Below are positions 13,428-27,348 of a stretch of DNA of 64,000 bases, in pieces; within the stretch, counting starts at the first letter, position 1; every line of letters starts with the position of its first letter. Made by a program: the position numbers and the translations under genes. The stretch is from Octopus sinensis (lineage: Eukaryota): assembly GCF_006345805.1 (NCBI RefSeq), contig NC_043001.1:10230001-10294000 (forward strand), given 5' to 3'. The notes beneath the pieces were generated by a model that searched no databases, was not told where the DNA came from, and was given only the letters and a program-made list of their open reading frames with translations.

Positions 13428-15678
13428 AAAAAATAATTTTACTATTATTGGTGTGAAATTGTTCTTCATAGTAAGGTATATTGGTTGGCTGTGTCTAGGT
13501 TTATCAATTGAATATGAACAAATTATAACAATGTGTGCATGGTAACTATGTATGTGTTGGATTCTTGTACAATAGATGTGAAGTCAAGGTTTTTTCCTAA
13601 AAGTTTATGATTATGTAACCTGTTTTATACGAACTTGCTTGAGGCAGCCTTTGCTTCTGTGATACGGTTCTTACAATGTTCATATTTGAATTAAGATCTG
13701 AATTTTATGTTTGAACCTTTTTGTAAGGTATGTTTCAAATACTGGCTCAAATATGAAGTAGTGATTTTGCTAAATGCCATTAAATTCTTATATTCAAAGA
13801 CAATTGAAACGTGGATAATATTGTCCCTTAAAAATATGGGCTGGAAAGAATCAAGTTCCGAAGTCCTTTTGCTGGATTTAGGAAAAACTAAACAATAATG
13901 CTTGGTGGATAACAATAAACCCTAAAACATTACTGAGTACTAAATGCAGAAAAGGTAATATTGCATCCCTATCCAATCCAGAATATTTAGTACTTCATTA
14001 ATTAGTAACATGACTACATTAATGATTTAGTCACTTATACTATAAGTAATATTGCATTTATTAGTTTAAGTCTACATTGAATGACTTTTATTATATTGGT
14101 ATATTTGTTTGAAAGACATCTTATTTGACAGTATTATGGGTTTTTTTAAAAATTTTATGTTTTATTTGTCATGGTTTTATATGATAGAATTTACTACAAG
14201 ATTTTTCTTCAGTCAATAGAAAACTAATTATTTTTCATTTCCTTGTATAATTTATATTATTTTATAGAAAATTTGTAAACGTCTTAAAAATAGTTGCCAA
14301 AATGATAAATTACTGAATGATGAAAGCAGCCACCTCCACTCATACCACTTCTCATACTAATTAAACTCACATTTTCCACTAATACTTTTTAATTTTAGTC
14401 TATTGTGTTGTTATTGTAAATCACACTGCAATGTTGATTTGTGTTCCAGTAATTACAATGGAAGCATCTATTTCTAAATTAGCTGTCTAAGTTGATATTA
14501 TAAATATAAAGATATGTATTTTATATTTGATAATATCTCTGTTGGCGAAATCTATGAATTAGCACTAATCTTTATTATTTATTGAAAGAAAAATGTATGA
14601 AAGGCATTATCATAGATCCTCATGTTACATTGCTGATTATTAGGTCTTTGGATTCACATCTGTTACATTATTAGTTATAACATCTATGAGTTATAACATC
14701 TATAGTGTCTGTATAACTGCAGTTATTCTTTGTAAGATAAAAACAGAGCTTTCTTTTCTTCTTACTTGAACGGGATCTACAATAAGTTATTGGGGAATTC
14801 ACAGCAAGTATTTAGTACTGTTGCTTACTTATTTAAATGGAAGATATTAGCTGTTTTAAGTAGAGTGTTCAGCTGTGAAAACCCCTTCAAAATCTGAGCA
14901 TATGTGTGAGATACAGTCTTCTACCATTCTGGAAATGTTGTAATTCTGGATGTCAGAGGATGACAACCCACCTGAGTCATACCAGCATGAGAAATGGATA
15001 TAAAATGATGTTATGTGTATGGGTGTTTATGGCTCTTAGGCCAGTGCATAAGGCAGCACTCTGAACCATCCACAGGCTTCTACAATTCTTTCTGTCTAGT
15101 ACATTCTTCTTACCCTCTTTGTCCCTCTCTACTATCAGCCATTACACCCCTTCCCTGTTGCCACCTATCATCAACTCTTTATTTCCTCAACCACCCTTAC
15201 AATTGTCTATTCCTGCTCTTCATTTCCCTCAAAATAGCCTGCCATTTCATCCTACTCCTCTTACCCAGTTCCTTCTCTTCCAGTCCCCATCTTTGTCTCT
15301 TGACTAAAGGATCATGCCCTAGATTATGTTGATCTCCTTCGGCACTTATTCCTCTCACACTCTCCTGGCCTCACTACTTGCACTATTCCCTATTGGCTTT
15401 TCCTCCTTGGTCAACACGCCTTAGCTGTGAGTGCTCTACAATCTCCTAATCATAAGGCATCTCACATTGGAGACCCTATGACTGTTGCTCCTCCCAAAGA
15501 AACAGGCGGTGAGACACTCTTGTATTGATATCTTAAAATAAACCCAGTACACTAATAAAGCGGAGGTCATCCAGTTGAAGAAACCTTACAGAATGCCATG
15601 CAAGAATCATTCTACTAAAATAACAGACCCCAGTAGGATATTCCGGCATGGAAATTAAACATAAAAATAATAATGGGT

Positions 15679-15681
<3 letters not shown>

Positions 15682-15722
<41 letters not shown>

Positions 15723-15726
15723 ATGT
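15682..15726. repeat. (TG)n microsatellite
   Basis: Direct read. Confidence 0.95.
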
Positions 15727-16580
15727 GAAGATTGATAAATCAAGTAATCATAAATTTCTCTTTTGTGTTGGATGTAAAATGAAATGCATTCCTTCTTTAA
15801 GTGCAATTAATATTTACGTAATAGATTGTAAATGATGATAAAGTGAATTCTAATGCGAGGCATTTATACCCACAAATTTGTTTCACATTCAAATTAACTT
15901 CTGAAAATATTTCTCTGTGATAAGTAGGCCTGCTGAAATTAGTAGATATTGTTTGATTAATATATATTTTCAAAGGTTAATAATGAATTAGAAATATATC
16001 ATATCAATACAAACACGAGAGTAATTCAATTGCTGTGCATCATATTATGTAGTTTGCTATCTGAAAATGGTATGTAATTGAGTGGAATCGTAGGCAGAGT
16101 GCCATACAATTCTGTGGCTGTGTGAAGGCTGAGATACTACTTATTATTTAATCAGTCTAAACTATCTCCTCACTCCCATTGCAATATGGATACTTTCCAA
16201 CTGGTCAACACCTTTCTACATACTGATTAATGCCTTTATGTTGCTGATATGTTGCGAACCAATGTGTATAAGGCTGTATTTGCTGTAGTTAGAATATTTT
16301 ATAAAAGAAATTACTTAGAATACTTTATTATACAGCCAAAATCTAAATCTTGTTTTGTCTTACTCTGTGTGTTTTTGTGTGTGATGTTTCATAAATTTTT
16401 AAAGAATGGACTTGGCTTTACAGACAATATGGTTCATACAGAACTTTGATTAACCAACTAGGAAAAGCTGTGTGAAATATATATTTGTTTTTTTTTAACT
16501 CTGTATTTGTATTTCTTACAGACGAAAAATATTCTAAATATAATGCTGAGAAAAGTTACAAGTGTATAATGAAGGTTTAC

Positions 16581-16830
16581 TTCTGCTTTGTTGTGTCTGG
16601 GGAGAATCATTTTTGTGCTTTACGATTTAACACACTCACGGGTAAAATTTCTACTTATTTTCAATAGTCAAGACTATTGGAAAGGTTGCAAGATGCAACG
16701 AAAATTTTAGGAAGATAAAAATAAGAAACAAGTGGAAATTTTACTGGTGAGTGTGTTAAATAATAAGGCACAAAAAGAAAATGACTCTCCCCAGACACAA
16801 CAGAATATGCTTTAACACACAAACTCATAT
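16581..16830 (+). mobile_element. Inverted-repeat Penelope-like element with a degenerate U3-A8 hammerhead
   Basis: Arms 16589-16656 and 16730-16802 are inverted; centre caatagtc-aa-gactattg; CTA-TTGGAAA-G-GTTGC(AAGAT)GCAAC-GAAAATTT-TAG at 16674-16710; one-sided tail of about 25 nt. Confidence 0.65.
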
Positions 16831-16914
16831 AAAGAATCTTGGAAACCAAATCCAAAAGCGAAATACTTCTACCTTGTTTGGAGTCAAGCAGGCAAAGAAA
16901 ACAATAACTCATCA

Positions 16915-17075
16915 ATGTTGGTGTGTTCACGCCCCTGTAACTTAGCAGTTTGGCAAAAGAGACTGATAGAATAAGTACTAGGCTTACAAAGAATAAGTCC
17001 TGGGGTCGATTTGTGCAACTATAGGCGGTGCTCCATCATGGCCACAGTCAAATGACTGAAACAAAAGAATAAAAG
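16915..17075 (+). mobile_element. Family B SINE 3' half
   Basis: gtaacttagcagtttggcaaaagagactgatagaataagtactaggcttacaaagaataagtcctggggtcgat...gactgaaacaaaagaataaaag. Confidence 0.85.
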
Positions 17076-18004
17076 ATTATAGATTTAAGCTGGCATTACA
17101 CAAGACTCGTTTCATCACTGTTTATGGTTGCTGTTTCTGGAGACTGTTAACCAGGAAATATTTCAAGGGTCTTTGGTAGATTTCCCTAATTAAGGAGACA
17201 TAAAACCAAAGACTTTCTGGCCATGGGTATCATCCCATTTTGTGTGCTGTTTATTTTCCCAGTGTGTTACAGTGTGATTTGATAGGCATTTAGCTTCTAC
17301 ATCTAGCAGGCTGGCACACAGTGAGGAACATTGGATGCTTATAGTTTTTAAAGTCTCTGAAAGAGCCAGAGGCAAGCAACTTATTATTTCTGGGAACTAG
17401 ATCAAATATTTTATTTATTTGTTATTATTGTTGAGTTTAATGGTTAGAATACGTCAAGCGTACATACACCACAAAGTTAGATGATCAAATGTTTGAGATT
17501 ATACTAAATCCCTGCCTGTTCTTGGATTATGCCATACCCTCTGTAATACTCTGTTCATCTGTGTGGAGGGCTGAGTGGCAAACAACGAATATTGTTTGCA
17601 CTGTTCAGTAGCCTGGTTTTAGGGGATCAATCTTTCTATGATCATGAACAGGGTAATAAATTGGGGAACATGAGTTTTAATTCCTACTTGCTGACATTGA
17701 AAATACAGCCAAGAGTTTAATCCTATATATCTGCTAATATTGTAGTTATTTTAATGTATAAGACTCTACAATAACTGCATTATTAACAGCCTTACTTAAA
17801 TATTATATGAACAGTTTGCAATGCCATTAGATGTTAAAGCTAGATTAACCTGTAGTTACAAGGGTTATAATAGCAAAGTAGGTTGGTATCCATGAGTCTT
17901 GCGTGTCTAAACGATTTGTGGTCTTTAAGTTTTTAATATTTTTCGGTGTGCGTCTTATAATACTGAAATGCACATCACCACAGATTATATATGCACATAC
18001 TAAA

Positions 18005-18528
18005 CTCTGCTTGCAAAGACCTGTTTGGGCAAGTGAAAACGAAATTGAACCAAATCCTATGACTGGCACCCGGCCATTGCCAGTGCCGCTGGACTGACTC
18101 CTGTGCAGGTGGCAAGTAAAGAAACAACGTTTCGACCCTGTACTTGAGGAGACCTATTGAGTCAAGTACATCAACATAAAAAATCAATGGAAATTGTAGT
18201 TGTGATCCCTGTGCCAGTGGCACGTAAAAAGCACCATCTGAATGTGGCCAATGCCAGTGCTGCCTTGACTGGCTTCCGTGCCGGTGGCACGTAAAAATCA
18301 TCAACCGATCGTCGCTGTTGCCATCCTTGCCTGACACCTGTACTGGTGGCACGTAAAAAGCACCCCCTACACTTATGGAGTGGATGGCGTTAGGAAAGGC
18401 ATCCAGCTGTAGAAACCCTGCCAGATCAGACTGGAGCCTGGTGCAGCCTCCTGGCTTCCCAGACCCCGGTTGATCCGTCCAACCCATGCTAGCACGGAAA
18501 ACGAATGTTAAATGATGATGATGATGAT
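18005..18528 (+). mobile_element. Longest family A copy (four tandem units, (GAT)n tail)
   Basis: Units at about 18102, 18211, 18278 and 18339; ggcgttaggaaaggcatccagc; aacccatgctagc...gatgatgat. Confidence 0.9.
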
Positions 18529-19519
18529 ACTGTTTTGTAAGATTTGAAATATATATTATGAGGTGCGTTGCCAAATATGCTATGTTCAATGATGCTTGAA
18601 AATAGGTTGCAAGGACAGACACTGTGTTCATTTAAGCTATAACATTTATAGTTTGTTCACTTCCAAATAATCTTGATCAATATACCAGCAAGCTTTTTTT
18701 TGTGTGTCTTGAAAATTAGACATTTTGCTAGAAATTATTTTTGAGTTGATATTTGTTAGGGCATTGTGTGACTGCAAAATATTGACATTAATCTAATTTA
18801 AGAGGCTCATAAATCATATGCATTGTCACATTTTTCTGGTGCATTATTAATGATCTTTTAATATTCAAATAGATAATGTGTTCTGTAAATTCTGCTGCCG
18901 CTCACTTTTTCTTTTGCTTGTGTGATTTGAAATGATGATATCGAATTGAATCTACTTGAATAGGCTTTTCAAGAAAAAAATATTAAGGATGATTGGCATC
19001 ATGCTCTTTGACAAACCTATCGCATCCATAACATTATGGAAGTTTGGACATTCTTATTCATTGTGGGTATTGCTTATATTCACTAATTATTTCTTATTTT
19101 ATGAAATGCATTAAAATAAATTGTATGGATGCGGATAGAACAGATGCTCACTTCCAATTCTACTGTTTTATCTATTTCAGCACAACTGTAATGGCTGTGA
19201 ATGTATTCTAATAAAATATCTGGGGACAAATATTACAGTATTAGTTTAGGACTCTGTAAAGTATTGACAGATTCTTTGGAAAACGAATAGCTTTAATTGA
19301 GTGAAAGATAGTACAGCATACCTTTCTACTGAACACAATGCCAGTTTATTATTGGGACAACTTGTATTTCTGACAAGGCCTGGATGAGAATCCAACTCTT
19401 ATGTGTGTGATCAGGTGATGTCATATATATTGTTTGTTTTTATGTCAAGTTATAATGAAAACGGTTTTACATTAACGTGAAGAATTGCTCAATATATTTT
19501 GTAGCGTACATATTTACAG

Positions 19520-20065
19520 GCAGGCACAAGCAAGATTTTATGGTAAGAAGCTCGCTTCCCAACCATGTGGTCTTGGGTTCAGTCCTGCATGGCATCTTGG
19601 GCAAGTGTCTTTTATTATAACCTAGACTGACCTAAGTCTTTTGAGTGGATTTGGTGACAGAAACTGGATGAAGCCTGTTGTGTGCAACTGAGTATATATT
19701 GTGCATGTGTGTATTTCTCCCCCATCACTGCTAGAAGTTTCTCTAAAGGAATCGAAAGAATAAATACCAAGCTTAGCCCTTTAGTGTTCACATTATTCTG
19801 CCAAAATAAATGCATTTTTTATCCACATTGTCTTGAACTAATCATGAATTATCTTGTAGCTTTGAGATTTTGATGAGGTAGCTGTTAATTTTTAAAACGA
19901 TATTGTAGGGTTGGTGTGAGAGACCAGATCTGACTAGTTTGAACATAAAATAGGCAGAATACTTTTGGCCGGTTTAAATGCTAAAGGGTTAAAACAATCA
20001 ATACTGGGGTCACTTTAACTGTCCAGGGCTGTGCCCCAGAATTGCCTCAAAAACTGAAACAAGTC
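19520..20065 (+). mobile_element. Old family B SINE interrupted by a MITE
   Basis: Head and CORE-like ggcatcttgggcaagtgtctt at about 19540-19610; SINE sequence resumes after 19992 (atactggggtc...aactgaaacaagt). Confidence 0.75.
19777..19988. mobile_element. piggyBac-like MITE
   Basis: Ends ccctttagtgtt...aatgctaaaggg; flanked by ttag/ttaa (TTAA-type target). Confidence 0.8.
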
Positions 20066-20214
20066 AGATAGAAGATTCTTTAACAAGAAGAATATTGGCA
20101 GTGACTTTGATGATGGCTTAACAGGTTGAACTTTGAAGTCAGTCATCACTATCCTGTCTGAAGAAGAATTGATATAAGCAGACAGAGATAGTGATGTTTT
20201 GTATGTTGTATTAA

Positions 20215-20433
20215 CCCATTTGTTACTAACCAGGCCAAAACCGGCTCTGGCTCTGGCTCTGTAGTCTTGTTTTCATAAGTTTTGAAGTAAAATATTCCAC
20301 CAAACCTTAGTCACAATTTACTTTCCTAATACTAGCTGAATGATAACCAAGTTATTTTACTAAATTCTTTTTCATATTTAAAATAATTGAAAGAAACACA
20401 GAACATCTCAAAATAAATACAGTAACAAAAGGG
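20215..20433. mobile_element. piggyBac-like MITE (same family as 32647)
   Basis: ttaa|cccatttgttac...gtaacaaaaggg|ttca; about 220 bp highly similar to 32647-32868. Confidence 0.85.
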
Positions 20434-20780
20434 TTCATCCATGCTGGTTTCTTTGCTTTTTATTACATGCTGAATAAGAAGTTGCTAGCCTTTTGCTCAA
20501 CTCACCTTCATTTTTTTTTTCTTGAGTGGGAAGGACAAAGGACATTTGGCCTGGTCACTCCCAATCTTCATGTTGTGCACTGCTGTTTATTCTGAGAGGA
20601 GGGGGATGAATTAACCTTGGTACTTTATTGACTTTGGATGGATGAATACCAAATTTGACTAGAGAGGTATTTGAAACCAGATCACAAAGACCTAGAAAAA
20701 TAACTATTTAAAAGTTTTTTGTTGATACTGGTTACAAACCTTTCAGTTAAGTCTCTCTTCCTCTCTCTCTGTACAATTCA

Positions 20781-21014
20781 TTTATTTCTTTATTGCCCAC
20801 AGGGGGCTAAATATAGTGGGAGCAAACAAGGACAGGCAAAGGGATTAGGTCGCTTACATCAACCCCAGTGCATAACTGTTACTTATTTAATCGACCCCAA
20901 AAGGATGAAAGGCAAAGTCAACCTTAGCAGAATTTGAACTCAGAACATAATAGCAGACGAAATACCGCTAAGCATTTTGCCCAGCATGCTAGTGATTCTG
21001 CCAGCTCACCACCC
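20781..21014 (-). mobile_element. Family C (Nin/Deu-like) SINE
   Basis: Minus-strand head ggtggtgagctggcagaatc and gactttgcctttcatccttttggggtcgat; near-TSD tctctgtacaatt/tctctgcacaatt. Confidence 0.9.
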
Positions 21015-22143
21015 TTCTCTGCACAATTTATTGCTGTGTCCAGATGACTCTGTTGGTACCACTCTGACTTTGATTTGTATCCTTACTGATCATGAAACTT
21101 TGAGAACCTTTCCAATTGTTTATAAATTTAGGTATGGACACCCCCTACACTCACTGATGTGTGTTTGTATGTGTTAATTACCTTTGAATTTACCCTTTCC
21201 CTAATCCAATTCCTCTTTTACTTGGGAGCGTGTCACCATCTTCAAAATAACAAATCTATTGAGTACATGTTCCTCCTATTTCTGCAATCAAATGCAGACA
21301 TACACGTTAATACCCAAATTTCCGTTTTAAAATATCTGACATACTTAGCTGTCTATTTCTGTGATATCAATAATATACCCATGCGATACGTGTTATTTTG
21401 TTGACAGTTTACAGTCATGAGACCTGTCATTACATCTTCAGTAATATACACTCTTGAGATTTGTTACCATGTCTTTGACAAGGTCCAATCCTTGTTTTTA
21501 ATGCAGTTGTTAACATGAATCCATTAACAAAAATGTATTATTAGTATCCATCTAGTTTTAGAACTTACTCTTTGAATATGTATATCTGTTTCTTTTTATG
21601 CAGCAGTGTGTATGCAGTACAGACTGAAGTTGTGCTGATATCTCACAAAGGAATTTATATCTTTCTAGAATATTGGATATTGGGAAGAATTTGACAGTAT
21701 TTTTTTTTTTTTTTGAAATCTAACTATGGCAGCTCATATTCTTCATATTTACAATGAGTTAAACTGCAACAGCCAAGTATGTACTCTATAATTTAACCGA
21801 CTGCACTGAACATGCAAAATTTCATTGGCTCTTTTTCTCTGAAAAGAATAATAGCATTAAGCAAAATTCTTGCATGGAGTTGCATTATAGACGTACACTA
21901 AACAGCAGCTGCTCGCTCAACATCTGTGTAATTTGTGTAATACTATAGAAATATGAACAATAAATTGACTTTCTTCTTCCTTTCTCTGCAGTTTCTTATT
22001 ACATGGAAATCATATTGCGATAAGTCTTTATTAAGTAATCCTCATTAATGAATTTTTTTGTATAAAGGCTTAATTTTTTCCCCACTTTTTTTATGTATTT
22101 AGATACTCAGTGCACATGTGTATGTGTGTGTGTATATATATCA

Positions 22144-22185
<42 letters not shown>

Positions 22186-22187
<2 letters not shown>

Positions 22188-22596
22188 TCTTTTACTTGTT
22201 TCAGTCATTTGACTGTGGCCATGCTGGAGCACCACCTTTAGTCGAGCAAATCGACCCCAGGACTTCTTTGTAAGCCTAGTACTTGTTCTCTCGGTCTCTT
22301 TTGCCAAACTGCTAAGTTACGGGGACATAAACACACCAGCATCGGTTGTCAAGCGATGTTGGGGGGACAAACACAGACACACAAACATACACACACACAC
22401 ACATACACACACATATATATGTAAATGATGGGCTTCTTTCAGTTTCCATCTGCCAAATTCTACCAAATCCACTCACAAGGTTTTGGTCAGCCTGAGGCTA
22501 TAGTAGAAGACACTTGCCCAAGGTTCCACACAGTAGGACTGAACCCGAAACTATGTGGTTCATAAGCAAGCTACTTACCACACAGCCACTCTTATA

Positions 22597-22598
<2 letters not shown>
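22186..22598 (-). mobile_element. Full-length family B CORE-like SINE between (TA)n tracts
   Basis: ctcttttacttgtttcagtc...acttgcccaagg...cttaccacacagccactc. Confidence 0.9.
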
Positions 22599-22636
<38 letters not shown>

Positions 22637-24312
22637 CATAGTGGAAAACAAACTGAACCTTCAGAAGCTGGTCAAAATGCTTGTATAATGGCTATCCTTA
22701 ATATTGTGGTTTATCCAGTTCCAAATTTGCTATTTGGATAGTTTGCTCAGATTCTACTTGGATGAATGTATCTTTGTCTTCAATTTATATTCGTTTTATT
22801 TTTATTTTTTCCCATATGAGACACTGAGATATATTGATGCAGTGAAGGATACATGTCCATTTGTATATTTCGTGTGCATATCTTGTTGAACATGCATTGC
22901 ACATGGCAGCAAAATAGGTTACGTGATTATCTTGGAGAAGAATTAGATTTATGTGAATAGATTAGCCTAAATGAAAAGCTCTACTAAGTTAACTGCATTA
23001 ACTCAATGTGTGAATTCTCATTTATGGAAAAACCGTCATTCTAAAGTTGTTCATTCTAACTCTTAGATTTGCTGTCTGCTTAAGAAATCCAGCTAATTTA
23101 ATTTCATTCACAGTTTAAAAAATTTGAAATATATCTTTAATTTGCGATAGCTTATGTATAAACCTTATTTGATCGTTTTTCATGTTTATTAAATTGAATT
23201 TTGATATTCTGCATGCTTTAAGATAGAATATAAATTTGTTTTGTTCCTATAAAATCAACAGAAACACATTTTGAGGAAATTTCGTTTGCTACATTGGCTC
23301 CTTTCTTCTTTGCTTTCTTTTATTCCATGCATCTCTGTTGCTCAACCTTCTTTCTGCATTACTGATGCATATAAGAGAATCTGCTGCCGAAGATAGAATG
23401 TTATTCAATACCACAGTATATATATATCTTTAAAATCAATATATTTATGAAACACACACACACACACACACTGTTTATATATGTTTACATAAATGTTTCT
23501 TCGTCTTTAACAAGTAAATATTTCTGATATTGACTATACAATAGTCTCTTGGAATAATTCATGAGATATTCTTTTTCTCTTGCACACACCCACAAACATG
23601 CTAATACACATGTATATACTTGCAATTGTATGCAGTTGCCTACCTACACATACACTCTCTCATGTGCGCACACACACACACACACACACGTGCGTATATG
23701 TGAATTTTTATGAAATTGCTTTATTCTCTTTGAAGTATTTGTTTTCATACTGACATTACTATGCCTGAAACTATTTAGCTGCTTCGCTTCTCAAATATTT
23801 CTTCCTCCAGGAGTTTATTAACTTAAATAGGACTTAAAATGTGCTTTTAAGGTGTCTTCTTTCACGTGAAAGAGCAGATCTTTATTATTATAAGTTTCAC
23901 AAACATTTCTCTTATTGAACTTACTTTTGAATTCTTGGAAGTTTTCTTTCCGAATAGGAAGTTTAGAACGTAAATTACAAAACAAAGAATAATCTTTATG
24001 GTTAATACAAGTGACAATGCTAAACAATTACAATGTCAGAAATTGATTTAAAATATAATTACATTAAAAAGCCTTGTTCACTGTTTAAACCACATTGGAT
24101 TTTTTCTTATTTGTTGAATTATCTTAAGAACCTTTTGTAATCGAAAGAATATGAATATTAGCAATAATTGATGTCAATAACAACAATTGACTCATTTAAA
24201 ATGTTTTAGTTTTGGAACAAATTTTAATATTTTGTATATATTTTAATTGAAATTAACTTGAAGTTGAAGAAAAAGGTGGTATGAACAGGATTTGAACTCA
24301 AAACAGAAGTAT

Positions 24313-24624
24313 GAAATCGAAATCGAAATCAATCAAAATCAATGGAAATTGTAGCTGTGATACCAGTGCTGGTGGCACATAAAAGAGCCATCCGAACATG
24401 GCCACTGCCAGCGCCGCCTCACCTGGCACCTGTGCCGGTGGCACGTAAAAAAGCACCCACTATACTCACAGAGTGGTTAGCGTTAGGAAGAGCATCCATC
24501 TGTAGAAACACTGCCAGATCAGACTGGAGCCTGGTGCAGCCTCCTGGCTTCCCAGACCCCAGTCGAACCATCCAACCCATGCTAGCATGGAAAGGGGATG
24601 TTAAACGATGATGATGATGATGAT
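24313..24624 (+). mobile_element. Family A element (two units)
   Basis: gtgccggtggcacgtaaaaaagcacc; aacccatgctagcatgg...(gat)n. Confidence 0.9.
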
Positions 24625-27116
24625 TACTGTAAATTATTCAGTGTTTCTGCCTAAAACAGTAATGATGATAGTAATCACATTAATTAAAACTTATTGATGA
24701 GGTACAGATCTTTGAGATGGTCGGTAGGTAATATGTTATAATGATTTGGTGTTAAACTTGGATTTAGTATTTAGTTACATGTTAAGTTTTAGAAATAAAG
24801 AGACTGATTTATATTTGTTTTACCTCATCTAATTGCTTACAATCGTGTAATTTTTTTACCACACAACCTAGTTATTTCAATTGGGTTATATTATCTTCGA
24901 AAAACTGTTCTAAGAAATATTACAAGATTGATCGTGTAAAGAAATGACATTATCAGAAGAAGCGAGAGATGAAAATCATTATTGGCAATTTTGAAAATGT
25001 TTATGCATTTCTGCCTCAGAATACCAATTTTTAATGCTTTCTTTTATCTTAACAGAACTATATTTATCATAGTTAATATCTCTTTGGAATTTCTGGATAA
25101 CGTTACATTTAAAATGTATGAAAACTTCATGCAAATTTTTGGAATGTGTTGAATTTTCTCCTGATTAATATCAGAAATTTTACATTGACTTTAAAATAAT
25201 TTAATTCACCTACCAGCTTAATCAATGTTTCTTTCAAGAGGAAGATGTTAATGGTAGGAATAAAGATACATTTTAGCTTTCACTTCTTGTTTATACTGTT
25301 TTAAATTTTAGTAGAGCAGAGTTTTAGATGTGTTTGTTCATTGTGCATATCATTTTTCTTATTATTTATTTATAAAATGCTTAAAATTTATTCTTTACTT
25401 TGAACTCATCTAAGATTATCTTCATAAAATTGGAGTTAAGGGAAATAACTCAAATGGGCTAGTGACATGAATTTGCATAAATAATTTACGAGATGATATA
25501 TACTGTATATATAATGCTGTATACAAAATTTTCTTCAATGTATGTTCTTAGATGGAAAAAGAAAACGAAACTCTAAATGTTAGCAATTATCCAAGAGAAG
25601 CGGAGACAATTTGAGAAATTAAGAATAAATCTTCCAAAGTTAATTTACATATGCAAGAGAAAGTCTGATCTTTGTAGGCGAAAAAATATGGACATATTTT
25701 GTCCTAATGGTTCTCATCTGCATTGTAAAACTTACTCAAACTACTTAATTTTTTTTTTTCTTTTACATAAAGGAAGAGAGTTAGGAATAAATTTTTAGTT
25801 CTATCTTGGGAAGATATTTATGACAGTAATAAACACACAAGAAGGAAATAATTTTTAATCCGTATAAACTGCATATTTGAAAAATTAACTGAAGTATATG
25901 ATGTAATAATATTAAAATCATCTTAATATTATTGATTGACAGAGTATTTGACAACAGGAGGCAAATTGCGTATGTATAACCTGTTGGGGTACAATTTGTG
26001 CAGAGAAAAAGAAAGAAATGGTTAAGGAATTCGCACTCTAATCGATATATAGTTTCAGTTCCCCAGGATAAATTTGACTTCTGTGTGACATTTTGCTGAA
26101 GTGTCTGTTGTTGAAGAGTTGTATTTTTTTTCTCGCTCACCTCACTTAGGCTGGCAGAGCGAGTGAGTACAAAGTAATGTTAAAACTGCATATCAAGGAT
26201 GTAAAATAGTCCTTGATAGTCTCAACTACATATAAATGATGTACATTCAGGCCATTTAGTGAAATAGCTCAATTAAAGGTTTTAATTAAGCACTTATAAA
26301 TTCCAATAGCTCCCCAAAAGACATGTCTGACTCCCCATGTTTCATGGCTCAATCAGTTTACATCTCAATGTGTTGCCATGTGTTGTATGTGATTTAATTA
26401 TCAACATGTGGCTTTTGGTGTTGATCATTTAAATTCAGGAAAATGGATGTATAAAATTTGCTTCTTTGTTGTTTTAAAAAGTATCTGCAATACAACCATT
26501 CATTGTGTAAACCTCTGTTGACTTTATTAGCACTTTGACTCTCTGGTGAAGTATGTAGTAGAAATGATTTGAGAGACTTTCTGCAAGCAAACGGTGTCTA
26601 AGAATCTCAAGGAATTTGTCACAAGAATTGCTAAAGCTAAGCGAAACAAATAATTTACAATACATGGCATAATTTAATTGAAGAATAAGAAGTCTTTTTC
26701 TCATTAATGAAATATTACAATTTGTATATCCAGTTGCTTATTTAAGTCTTATCAACACCTTAATAATTATCATTCCCTGTTTTGATACTTCATTCCTGTT
26801 CTGGCCCACACCTCTTCATTTCCTCTATTCTATTACATTGTCATATCCTGTTCTTATTATCAACTGGTTTTTAACTAATGAACCAACTTATTTGCTCTCC
26901 TCTGTAACTTTTACCTCAGAAAATTATTTTCCCTCCTCTAAATTCCCAAGCTCTTTGCTTATAAGATGCCTACCCATATATTGTTAAAGAAATTTAATTC
27001 TTTTATATTCATTTGTCCACTTCCTGTTTAGATAATTAGTGCTTTGTGTCGACAATATATGTATATTATGACTGACATGATGATGGTAATTTCTTAATAT
27101 TGTCATTGAATATATA

Positions 27117-27348
27117 TATTTCTTTACTACCTACAAGGGACTAAACATAGAGGGGACAAACAAGGACAGACAAACGGATTAAGTCAATTACATCAACCCC
27201 AGTGCGAAACTGGTACTTTATTTATCGACCCCAGAAGGATGAAAGGCAAAGTCAACCTCGGTGGAATTTGAACTCAGAATGTAATGACAGATGAAATACC
27301 GCTAGACATTCCACCCGGCATGCTAACGACTCTGCCAGCTTGCCCCCT
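27117..27348 (-). mobile_element. Family C SINE
   Basis: Same body as 20781; TSD tcattgaatat at 27103-27113 and 27349-27359. Confidence 0.9.

Noticed and set aside
16522-16574. Exon candidate DEKYSKYNAEKSYKCIMK
   Set aside because: Good acceptor but poor donor (gtttac), 53 nt, adjacent to a repeat.
18100-18365. CRISPR-like pattern of about 25-bp repeats with 35-85-bp spacers
   Set aside because: Spacers are related to one another, the array is internal to a dispersed eukaryotic retroposon, and there are no cas genes.
17975-18631. Longest ORF (218 aa)
   Set aside because: Antisense read-through of a family A repeat; similar peptides recur at other copies with frameshifts.
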